Of a stretch of 64,000 nt of DNA, positions 35,794 through 43,818 are shown piece after piece. The stretch covers positions 15,610-79,609 of the forward strand of contig JAKQPV010000048.1 of NCBI GenBank assembly GCA_029564515.1, in the 5' to 3' direction. Source of the stretch: Spirochaetota bacterium (GTDB lineage: Bacteria; Spirochaetota; UBA4802; UBA5550). The position numbers and the translations under genes are program-made. Within the stretch, counting starts at the first letter, position 1; the number at the start of each line of letters is the position of its first letter. Below the pieces are notes generated by a model that saw only the letters and a program-made list of their open reading frames with translations, had not been told where the DNA came from and searched no databases.

Positions 35794-37365
35794 ATGCTGG
35801 TACCGTCCCTTATAATTCTGGTCATACTGCTGGGCCTCGTGCTTGTGTACGTCTATGTTCTTGCCCCCCGCCTGAACCCGCTCAACCGCGCGGACAGCTT
35901 CTTGAAGCAGGACATGGTCGATGAGGCGATACTCGAGTACAAAAAGGTCCTGGACAACAACCCGAACGATTTCGCCGTCCACTGGAAGCTGGCCAACGTC
36001 CTGTTCGACCGGGACGAGGTCGACGAGGCCGTCCTGCACCTGGAGGATATCCTCAGGATCGACAAGTTCAACTACGAGGTCGAGAAGGTGAAGGTCCAGC
36101 GGAAGCTCGCCGAGGTCTATCTCCGCCGCGACGAGACATTGAAGGCTTTCCAGAACTATTTCGACATACTGAGGGCGTACCCGGGCGATGCCGAGTCGCT
36201 CTACCACGCGGCGTTCATCCTGCTCGGGAACGAGTACTTCGAGCAGGCGCTCCGCTACTTCGACCGGCTCATCAAGATGGGCGAGAAGGACATGGAGGTG
36301 CTGTTCGGCGCCGGCATCGCGAGCTACCAGGCCATGAAGCTCAACGAGCCGGTGGAGTACTTCCGGGACGCCCTGGCGCTCGAGACGCGGTCGGACATCA
36401 CGAACCTCGCGATGGCGTTCGCGCTCCAGCGGAAGCGCGACTTCAAGGCCGCCCTGAATTACGCGCGTCTTATCATCGACGGGACGGAGGACGCGACGGC
36501 CCGGTTCGTGGCGACCAGGCTCTACGGCATACTCTGCGTCCAGGCGAAGAAGCCGGCCGAGGGCGTGAAGATGCTGGAAACGGTCCTGGAATACGCGCGT
36601 AAAAACGACATGCCCGACGAGACGTCGATGATTCTCTACGACCTGGGCTTTGCCTGCCTCCACGCCGAGATGACCGACCAGGCGTACGACTACTGGAACC
36701 AGCTCTACCAGGCCGACAGGAATTTCCGGAACATCCAGTTCCTGGTGACGCAGCTCCGCAAGGAGATGGACACCGCGGCCAAAACAGGCAACCGCACCGA
36801 CGGGACGGTGACCGAGCACGAGCAGGAATGGCTCGACGGCGCATTCGCGCCCGATTTTCTATGGAGCATCTGCGGCCTCAAGAGCGCGAAGGCCGTTGAC
36901 CTGGACCCGATCCTTGCCTCGGCACGGGCGGACGCGGTCCGTGACGATGACCGGGGGATGAAGACGGGGAGGTCGTCCATCGCGGACGACAAGATCAACG
37001 CCTTCCTTGATCTGGACATGGAGAACTTCCGGATCATCGCCGGCCGCGTGGTCGGCAAGCTCGGCCTGCGCGTGGACGAGATTCTGCCCTCGTACCGTGA
37101 GGCGGACGGCGTCGACTTCCTGGCCGTCGATCCGGCGACCAGGGACAAAACGCTGGTCTGGGTCAGGAGGTGGAGGGACCTTCGCGTCAGCGAAATCCCG
37201 CTCCGGAACTTTGCCCAGGCGGTGAACGACGCCAAGGCGAAGCAGGGCCTGTTCATCACGACGAGCGAACTCTCCTCCGTCGGCGAAGACGCGGTAAAAC
37301 GGCTCTCAAAGGTGCGGGTGGTGGCTCCCGAGGAGCTCGGGAACACACTCGCGGGCCTGATATAG
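35794..37365 (+). CDS. membrane-anchored TPR protein with a degenerate Mrr_cat-like C-terminal domain (paralog B)
   Basis: 523 aa. Same architecture as 29119..30471. C-terminal 'ADGVDFLAVD...TLVWVRRW...KQGLFITTSELSSVGEDAV...VRVVAPEEL'. Confidence 0.65.
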   Translation: MLVPSLIILVILLGLVLVYVYVLAPRLNPLNRADSFLKQDMVDEAILEYKKVLDNNPNDFAVHWKLANVLFDRDEVDEAVLHLEDILRIDKFNYEVEKVKVQRKLAEVYLRRDETLKAFQNYFDILRAYPGDAESLYHAAFILLGNEYFEQALRYFDRLIKMGEKDMEVLFGAGIASYQAMKLNEPVEYFRDALALETRSDITNLAMAFALQRKRDFKAALNYARLIIDGTEDATARFVATRLYGILCVQAKKPAEGVKMLETVLEYARKNDMPDETSMILYDLGFACLHAEMTDQAYDYWNQLYQADRNFRNIQFLVTQLRKEMDTAAKTGNRTDGTVTEHEQEWLDGAFAPDFLWSICGLKSAKAVDLDPILASARADAVRDDDRGMKTGRSSIADDKINAFLDLDMENFRIIAGRVVGKLGLRVDEILPSYREADGVDFLAVDPATRDKTLVWVRRWRDLRVSEIPLRNFAQAVNDAKAKQGLFITTSELSSVGEDAVKRLSKVRVVAPEELGNTLAGLI

Positions 37366-37378
37366 CGGCGGGCGGCAG

Positions 37379-38326
37379 ATGACCTCTCCGGCCGACACGG
37401 GCGGCATGAAGCGCGTCCCCCTCACCTCCATCGACGGGGACGACCGCTACTTTAAAATCAGCAGGAACATCATTCGCGACGAGCTGAGAAGCTCGATACG
37501 GGAGTTCGGCGTCCTTGACCCGCCGGTGGTGACGCCGCGCGGCCGGTCGTACCGCGCGGTCTTCGGGTTCAACAGGCTCGATGTACTCCGCGAGCTGGGC
37601 GCGGAGGCCGCCGACTGCCTGGTCGCGCCCGATTTCGGCGCCGGGTTTTTCGCCCGGGGCGCGCTGCTGAAATGCCAGCGGAATGAAGCGGGCCCGATCG
37701 GCAGGCTCAGGGCCCTCGCGATACTGCGCGACCTCGGCGTCGACGATGCGCACCTGGAGCTGATCGCGTCAAAGGGCCTGCACGTGTCCGCGGACTTCGT
37801 CCGCGACGGCGCACTCCTCGCCGCGGCTCTGGATATGCCTGCCGTGCTGCGGGACTACTGCGACGTACGCGACATCCACCTGCGCATTGTCAGGGACCTG
37901 GCGCGGATGCATCCTTCCGACAGGGCGCTGCTCTCGTCGTGGGTGGAGTTTGCGCCCCTGAGGGTGAACATATTCAGGTTCATCGTCGAGATGCTGGCGG
38001 ACATCCGTGATCGCGACGGCGGTCTTGATGCCGTGGCGGGAATAAGCCCGGGTGAGGACCGGGACCGGAAAACATGGGAGGAGGAGTTGTACGGTCGCGT
38101 CCGCGCGGCCCGCTATCCGGAGTTTTCCTCTCTCAGCCAGGAGGCTGACGGCATAGTAAGTTATTTTGCTTCACGGGGGCTTGAACTGACCTATCCGCCC
38201 TATTTCGAGGGGGACAGGGTGGAGCTGACGCTGCGGCTGGGAAGGCGCGATGACCCGGAATCGGTCGGCGGTCTTCTGTCGGGTGTCGACTGGTCGCGGC
38301 TCCGGCCTTTGCTTGACCTGCTTTGA
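37379..38326 (+). CDS. ParB/Srx-fold N-terminal domain protein (ParB-like)
   Basis: 315 aa. 'VPLTSIDGDDRYFKISR...LRSSIREFGVLDPPVV...YRAVFGFNRLDVLRELG' fits the ParBc pattern including the GxxR box. No obvious HTH seen by eye. Confidence 0.55.
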   Translation: MTSPADTGGMKRVPLTSIDGDDRYFKISRNIIRDELRSSIREFGVLDPPVVTPRGRSYRAVFGFNRLDVLRELGAEAADCLVAPDFGAGFFARGALLKCQRNEAGPIGRLRALAILRDLGVDDAHLELIASKGLHVSADFVRDGALLAAALDMPAVLRDYCDVRDIHLRIVRDLARMHPSDRALLSSWVEFAPLRVNIFRFIVEMLADIRDRDGGLDAVAGISPGEDRDRKTWEEELYGRVRAARYPEFSSLSQEADGIVSYFASRGLELTYPPYFEGDRVELTLRLGRRDDPESVGGLLSGVDWSRLRPLLDLL

Positions 38327-39778
38327 TCACTTCTCGATTTTTTTCTGTATGTCCTCAAACTTGTTTTTCAGCATGGCGCCCAGGGTGTTGGAAGCGGAGG
38401 CGCCTTCCTTCTTCACGAAGGTCTCGTAGTCCTTCCGCTCTTCCATCTGGACCGCCTCCTTCTCGCTGAGGACGAGCTTGCGGCTGCTCTGCTCGATCCT
38501 GAGCACGGCGGCCTTTATGGAGTCGCCCTCGGCGTATTTCTTCAGCATGTCCGCATCCATTTTGTTCCTGAGCTCTCCCCGGGGAATAAAGCCGAGCATG
38601 CCGTTCTCGAGGCGAACGCTCAGTCCCACCGGCTTCACTTCTTCCACGATGACGGTCTGCACGGAGTTCTCGATGCCGGAGCCTTTCTCCTGCCAGGGAT
38701 CGGGGCCGCCGGACACCAGCTCCAGGGATATCTTCCTGTCCACGGCATTGATGCTGTTGATACGGACCTGCACCTCGTCCCCCAGGGAAACTGCGTCCTC
38801 GGGCCGGGTGATCTTTTTCAGGTGGCTCATCCGGGATACGTGGATAAACCCGTCCAGCCCGGGCTCGAGCTCCACGAACGCGCCGGTCTTGATGATGTTG
38901 GCCACGCGCCCGGGCACGGTAGCGCCGGCCTCGTACGTGCCGATGTTGTCCCACGGGTCCGCCTCGATGTCCTTGATGGAAAGGGTCAGGCGCCGGGTGT
39001 CCCAGTCGATAGCCTTCACGGAGGCCTCGATCCGCTCGCCGATCTTGAAGGAGGAGGTGCCGACGTTCCGTCCCCGCGACAGCTCGGACTTCGGGACCAG
39101 GGCGTCCATGCCGCCGATGTCCACGAACACGCCGAAGTCGCGCACGTTTGATACCGTGCCTGCGATCCGGTCGCCGACCCTGAGGGTCTCCTTCAGGCTC
39201 GCCTCGGTCCGCTTGCGCTGCTCGTCGAGGAGGGCGGTGCGCGACAGGATGATGTTCTTGCCGCGCTCCTTGAATTCAATGATCTTGAAAAGGAAGGCCC
39301 GGCCTATCATTGCCGCCGGGTTCGATGGCGCACGCGTGTCTATCTGGGAAACGGGGCAGAAGCACTTGATGCCGCCCACCGAGATCGAGTACCCGCCCTT
39401 GACCGCGTCGATCACGGTCCCGTACACGGGGATCGCCTCGCGGTGGGCCATCTGCACCAGGTTGATGCTCGCGCCGCCCCGTCCGATGCTGGTGGTAAGG
39501 CGAATCTCGCCGCTCGTGCGGGAGACGACATAGGCCTGTATGATGTCCCCGTTTTTTACCGAGAGCGTCTCGTCGTCGTTCCTGAATTCCTCGGCGCCGA
39601 TGACGGCTTCGCTCTTCCCTGAAATGTCGACAAAAACGAGTTCTTTTGTTATGAATACGATTTTTCCTTCGACCCGGGTTCCGATCTCGAAATCGTCCCT
39701 CCGGTTCAAGGAGCTTTCAAGCATTTCCTGAAAGTTTTCGCCGTTCGTGTCTTCGGTGTGTTCGAATGGTGTGCTCAT
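38327..39778 (-). CDS. rpsA: 30S ribosomal protein S1 (multi-S1-domain)
   Basis: Repeated S1 OB-fold modules ('G.V..V...G.FVD.GG..G..' several times). ATG 39778 is preferred. The track ORF extends to a TTG at 39808. Confidence 0.8.
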   Translation of the reverse strand: MSTPFEHTEDTNGENFQEMLESSLNRRDDFEIGTRVEGKIVFITKELVFVDISGKSEAVIGAEEFRNDDETLSVKNGDIIQAYVVSRTSGEIRLTTSIGRGGASINLVQMAHREAIPVYGTVIDAVKGGYSISVGGIKCFCPVSQIDTRAPSNPAAMIGRAFLFKIIEFKERGKNIILSRTALLDEQRKRTEASLKETLRVGDRIAGTVSNVRDFGVFVDIGGMDALVPKSELSRGRNVGTSSFKIGERIEASVKAIDWDTRRLTLSIKDIEADPWDNIGTYEAGATVPGRVANIIKTGAFVELEPGLDGFIHVSRMSHLKKITRPEDAVSLGDEVQVRINSINAVDRKISLELVSGGPDPWQEKGSGIENSVQTVIVEEVKPVGLSVRLENGMLGFIPRGELRNKMDADMLKKYAEGDSIKAAVLRIEQSSRKLVLSEKEAVQMEERKDYETFVKKEGASASNTLGAMLKNKFEDIQKKIEK

Positions 39779-39969
39779 TGTGGTCCCGCCGTATAATATA
39801 TCTGTCAATCGTTCCGGGGAGAGGGCTCCGGCAGGTTGCCGGGCTCTTCCGGGTCAATAAATTTGTGTCAGCGTATAATCAGTGCCCGGATGCTGTAAAC
39901 AAAATATTTATGGTTTGGGGCAATTTTATGTCAGATGATTATATATCACATTACGCCTCGATCCGGGAT

Positions 39970-40078
39970 GTCATTGCGGGAAGCCCCGATGAAATCGGGA
40001 CGGCGAAGCATGCCTCGACTCCGCTCGGCAACCAATTGGTACCTGAGCGAAGTCGAAGGGCGCTGCGCTCGCGATGAC
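39970..40078. repeat. 109-nt nested-palindrome element (REP/MITE-like) in a divergent intergenic region
   Basis: Terminal inverted repeats GTCATTGCGGGAAGC ... GCTGCGCTCGCGATGAC. Inner hairpins CCCGAT-gaa-ATCGGG and CCTCGACTCCGCTCGG-(14 nt)-CTGAGCGAAGTCGAAGG. Confidence 0.6.
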
Positions 40079-40151
40079 AAAGTTTTCAGGATGATTGCCC
40101 TGAATTCTTTCTCTATAAAGCAGGAAAAAGCTGCAAACAGCCATAAATTCA

Positions 40152-40180
40152 TTGACATAATTTTTTATAAGAAGATAATG
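40152..40180 (+). promoter_or_regulatory. sigma70-like promoter
   Basis: TTGACA, 17 nt, ATAATG, about 34 nt upstream of ATG 40214. Confidence 0.5.
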
Positions 40181-40213
40181 TTACACTATCTTAAATTCTA
40201 CAGGGAGATTGCT

Positions 40214-40672
40214 ATGAAACGTATTATATGCATGGTTCTGCTTGTTGTCGCGGCGGTCGCGGTGGTGCAGGCGCAGGAAGCCAAGACCGAAAAATCCGCA
40301 AAGGAATATATAGCTGATTTATCATCCGGCGGCGATGAGAAAGCCCTCATCGAAGCGGCCCAGTGGCTTGGCAACAAGAAGGAGAAAGACGCCGTTCCGG
40401 GCCTCATAAACCTGATGAGCGACAAGCGTGCGAACGTACGCATGGAAGCGGCCATATCCCTGGGTCTCATCGGCGAGGAAAGCGCGGCCGACGCCATTAA
40501 TAACGCCGTTCTCAACGACGAAAGCGCGGAAGTCCGCTATGCGGCAGTTCTCGCGGCCATGAGGATCGGATCCAAAAAGTCCGCAGACATCTTCCTTCAG
40601 GCAAAGCAGAAGGAGACCGATCCCTTCATCCAGGACCTCCTGGCCAAGCTGGAAGAAAAGTCGAAAAAATAG
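40214..40672 (+). CDS. secreted HEAT-repeat (PBS-lyase-type) protein
   Basis: 152 aa from ATG 40214 (RBS 'AGGGAG'). Signal peptide 'MKRIICMVLLVVAAVAVVQAQE'. HEAT_2-type repeats ('AVPGLINLMSDKRANVRMEAAISLGLIG', 'VRYAAVLAAMRIG'). Confidence 0.75.
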   Translation: MKRIICMVLLVVAAVAVVQAQEAKTEKSAKEYIADLSSGGDEKALIEAAQWLGNKKEKDAVPGLINLMSDKRANVRMEAAISLGLIGEESAADAINNAVLNDESAEVRYAAVLAAMRIGSKKSADIFLQAKQKETDPFIQDLLAKLEEKSKK

Positions 40673-40841
40673 AGGACGCTCCGTTTCCGCGGTATGGCCC
40701 GGCCATGCCGCGCGAAGCGCTCGGAAACCGTATCAATACATACGAACGGTCTAATCCGGCAGAAGCATGTTGCGAAGACGGGCGGGCAACATGCTTTTTG
40801 TTTTATCCGGGCTCCACAATACGCCTCCCGAGGGGTGACAG

Positions 40842-41648
40842 GTGAAAGATGAATCGGTAAAGTTCCTTGTGTTCGACGTCGAGTCGGTGCCGGATAAAAA
40901 ACTGATCTCGCTGGTGAAATATCCGGGCGAGGAGATCGACGGGCTCGAGGCGGTACGGCGCTACCAGCAGGAGCTGCTCGGGTCGTCGGGCGGCGTGTCC
41001 GATTTCATACCGGTGACCTTCCAGTACCCCGTGGCGATATGCGTTGCCAAGGTGCGGCATGACTTCACCCTCCTGGATATTGTTTCCCTTGATGATCCAG
41101 AGTTCAGGCCGGACGAGATGACAAGGCTCTTCTGGCTCGGCGTCGAGGAGGTGTACGACGGCGCTTCGCTCGTGACCTACAACGGCCGGGGGTTTGACGT
41201 CCCCCTGCTTGAGCTGATGGCGTACCGGTACGGGTATTCGGCCAAGCGCCATTTCAAGGACAAGTACGCGGGACGGAGCCGGTACGGGAACAAGCACATC
41301 GATTTACAGGACTGGCTCTCCAATTACAGCGCGGTGCGGATACACGGCGGACTGAACCTGCTGGCCAAGATCATCGGCAAGCCGGGGAAGATGCAGACGA
41401 AAGGGAACGAGGTATACTCGATGTTCCTGGAGGGACGTATCCGCGACATCAACAACTACTGTGTCCACGACGTGCTGGACACCTATTTCGTATTCCTGCG
41501 AACGCGGGTGCTGACCGGCGAGGTCACGATCGTGCGGGAGCAGGAGATTGTAAAGTCCACGAAGAACTTTCTGGAGGACAACCAGGAGCGTATTCCCGCC
41601 CTGAAAACATACCTGGCCAACTGGGGCGACTGGGACCCCTGGCCCTGA
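40842..41648 (+). CDS. predicted 3'-5' exonuclease (PolB-exonuclease-like, DEDDy type)
   Basis: 268 aa. 'LVFDVESVPD' (ExoI), 'YNGRGFDVPLLE' (ExoII) and 'YCVHDVLDTY' (ExoIII). Confidence 0.7.
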   Translation: MKDESVKFLVFDVESVPDKKLISLVKYPGEEIDGLEAVRRYQQELLGSSGGVSDFIPVTFQYPVAICVAKVRHDFTLLDIVSLDDPEFRPDEMTRLFWLGVEEVYDGASLVTYNGRGFDVPLLELMAYRYGYSAKRHFKDKYAGRSRYGNKHIDLQDWLSNYSAVRIHGGLNLLAKIIGKPGKMQTKGNEVYSMFLEGRIRDINNYCVHDVLDTYFVFLRTRVLTGEVTIVREQEIVKSTKNFLEDNQERIPALKTYLANWGDWDPWP

Positions 41649-41669
41649 CAGCGGCCCGCCCGGTCCGGG

Positions 41670-43511
41670 TCAGTCCTCCTCCGGTACGATCCGTATCGCT
41701 CCCCGGTCAGCCGATGTCACGAACTTCGCGTAGGCGCGCAGTGCGTCCGAGATCGACCGGTCGCGGCCGGCGGGCTTGAAAGCCATGCGGCCTTTCTTCT
41801 TCTCTTCCTCGCGCCGTTTTGCCAGCTCCGCATCAGAAAGCTTCACGTTCAGCTTCCGCGCCGGGATATCTATCTCGATCGTGTCGCCGTCGCGCACCAG
41901 GCCTATGTTTCCGCCGGCCGCGGCCTCGGGCGATACGTGCCCAATGGACAGGCCTGCCGTGCCGCCGGAGAAGCGGCCGTCGGTGACCAGGGCGCAGGCC
42001 TTGCCCAGGTTCATCGATTTCAGGTACGAGGTCGGGTAGAGCATCTCCTGCATGCCGGGACCTCCCCTGGGGCCCTCGTACAGGATCACGACCACGTCGC
42101 CCGCGCTGACGCTGCCGGAAAGGATCCCTTCGCTCGCGTCCTCCTGCGATATGAAAACCCGCGCCGTACCGCTGAATGCAAGAAGCGAGGGGTCCACGCC
42201 CGCGGTCTTGACGATACAGCCGTCTGCGGCGATGTTGCCGCGGAGCACGGCGAGGCCGCCGTCTTTGCTGTAGGCGTGCGCGACGTCGCGGATGCAGCCC
42301 TTCTCGCGGTCCGTGTCCAGGCCTTCGTACATCGTCTCCTGCGAGCCCAGGACCAGGTTGCGGCCTGCGCCTCCCGGCGCGCTCCGGTACAGGTCGGCCG
42401 CTTCCGGCGACGCCCCTTTCCGCATGATGTCGTAGCGGTCAAGGGCCGCGCCCAGGCTGGCGGCGTCCACGCGCTTCACCGCCCGGTCCATGAGGCCGGC
42501 GCGGTCAAGCTCGCCCATGATGGCCATGATCCCGCCCGCGCGGTTCACGTCCTCCACGTGGTAGGTCGAGCTGGGCGCCACCTTGCACAGGGTGGGCACG
42601 CGGCGCGACAGGTCGTCAATGTCCTTCATGGTGAAGTCCACGCCGGCGGCACCGGCCACGGCGAGGATGTGAAGCACGGTGTTGGAGGAGCCCCCCATGG
42701 CGATGTCGAGCGCCATGGCGTTGTTGAAGGCGGCCCGCGTCGCTATGGAGCGGGGCAGCACCGAGTCGTCGCCGCCGGCGTAGTACCGGTCGGCCAGCTC
42801 GACGATGAGGCCGGCGGCCCGCTCGAACATGAGGGTCCTGTTCCGGTGAGTCGCCAGCACGGTGCCGTTGCCGGGGAGGGCCATGCCCAGCGCCTCGGTC
42901 AGGCAGTTCATCGAGTTTGCGGTAAACATGCCGGAGCAGGAGCCGCAGGTTGGGCAGGCGGCCTGCTCGATCTCGGCGATCTCGGCGTCCGGCACGGACG
43001 GGTCCGCGGCCATGACCATGGCGTCGATCAGGTCATATTTTTTACCGCCGATCACGCCCGCCTCCATCGGACCGCCCGAGACGAACATGGTCGGGATATT
43101 GAGACGCATGGCAGCCATGAGCATCCCCGGAATGATCTTGTCGCAGTTGCAGATGCAGACCATCGCGTCAGCCCGGTGCGCGTTCACCATGTACTCGACG
43201 CTGTCCGCGATCAGGTCACGCGAGGGGAGGGAATAGAGCATGCCGGTATGGCCCATGGCAATGCCGTCGTCAATGGCGATTGTGTCGAACTCGGCCGCAA
43301 ACATGCCGCGGGACTCTATGAGCTCCTTCATCCGCTGTCCGATCCCGTGCAGGTGCACGTGGCCGGGAACGAACTGGGTAAAGGAGTTCGCGATGGCGAT
43401 GATCGGCTTCCCGAACTGCTCCTCCTTCATGCCGTTTGCCCGCCAGAGGGCGCGGGCGCCGGCCATCTTTCTTCCCTGCGTGCTTAACGAGCTGCGTAAC
43501 GGATGTGCCAT
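41670..43511 (-). CDS. ilvD: dihydroxy-acid dehydratase
   Basis: 613 aa from ATG 43511 ('[28 protein letters not shown]'). ILVD_EDD signatures 'CDKIIPGM' and '[12 protein letters not shown]'. RBS 'GGAGGA'. Confidence 0.93.
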   Translation of the reverse strand: MAHPLRSSLSTQGRKMAGARALWRANGMKEEQFGKPIIAIANSFTQFVPGHVHLHGIGQRMKELIESRGMFAAEFDTIAIDDGIAMGHTGMLYSLPSRDLIADSVEYMVNAHRADAMVCICNCDKIIPGMLMAAMRLNIPTMFVSGGPMEAGVIGGKKYDLIDAMVMAADPSVPDAEIAEIEQAACPTCGSCSGMFTANSMNCLTEALGMALPGNGTVLATHRNRTLMFERAAGLIVELADRYYAGGDDSVLPRSIATRAAFNNAMALDIAMGGSSNTVLHILAVAGAAGVDFTMKDIDDLSRRVPTLCKVAPSSTYHVEDVNRAGGIMAIMGELDRAGLMDRAVKRVDAASLGAALDRYDIMRKGASPEAADLYRSAPGGAGRNLVLGSQETMYEGLDTDREKGCIRDVAHAYSKDGGLAVLRGNIAADGCIVKTAGVDPSLLAFSGTARVFISQEDASEGILSGSVSAGDVVVILYEGPRGGPGMQEMLYPTSYLKSMNLGKACALVTDGRFSGGTAGLSIGHVSPEAAAGGNIGLVRDGDTIEIDIPARKLNVKLSDAELAKRREEEKKKGRMAFKPAGRDRSISDALRAYAKFVTSADRGAIRIVPEED

Positions 43512-43540
43512 GGTGCTGTTCCTCCACTTCTGAATGACCG

Positions 43541-43570
43541 TACATAGCGCGGGGCGGGGCGGGATGTCAA
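43541..43570 (-). promoter_or_regulatory. sigma70-like promoter for ilvD
   Basis: On the minus strand: TTGACA, 18 nt, TATGTA, about 30 nt upstream of the ilvD ATG. Confidence 0.45.
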
Positions 43571-43818
43571 GATGAAATTGACGTGTGCTTCCCCCCTGCC
43601 TGGCGGGTGCGGATGATCGAAATCCGGAGTGCCGCCCCTGCGGGCGGTTATGTATCGGAAACACCAATGGATCATAAGGCGCATTCAGTCCCGTGACCGG
43701 ATGAAGCTGATTTTTATTAAACGAGAAAACAGATATTTTTTATTTGATTTAATATTTATTTAGTGTAAATTATAACCTGTCAATTGTCTAACTATTAAAT
43801 GACCGAGTGTATAACTGT

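Noticed and set aside
35707-36819. 370-aa minus-strand ORF
   Set aside because: It is antisense to TPR paralog B. The plus-strand frame has coherent TPR repeats and a paralog elsewhere in the cluster.
39935-40213. N-terminal part of track ORF 39935..40672
   Set aside because: It reads through the palindromic element and a promoter. The HEAT-repeat protein has its own RBS, ATG (40214) and signal peptide.
41937-43487. 516-aa plus-strand ORF
   Set aside because: It lies entirely antisense to ilvD, whose signatures are unambiguous. The composition (His/Arg/Gly/Ala/Val runs) is shadow-ORF-like.
43512-43667. Upstream extension of ilvD (track ORF to 43667)
   Set aside because: The canonical IlvD N-terminus starts at ATG 43511 with a GGAGGA RBS, and a promoter lies inside the supposed extension.
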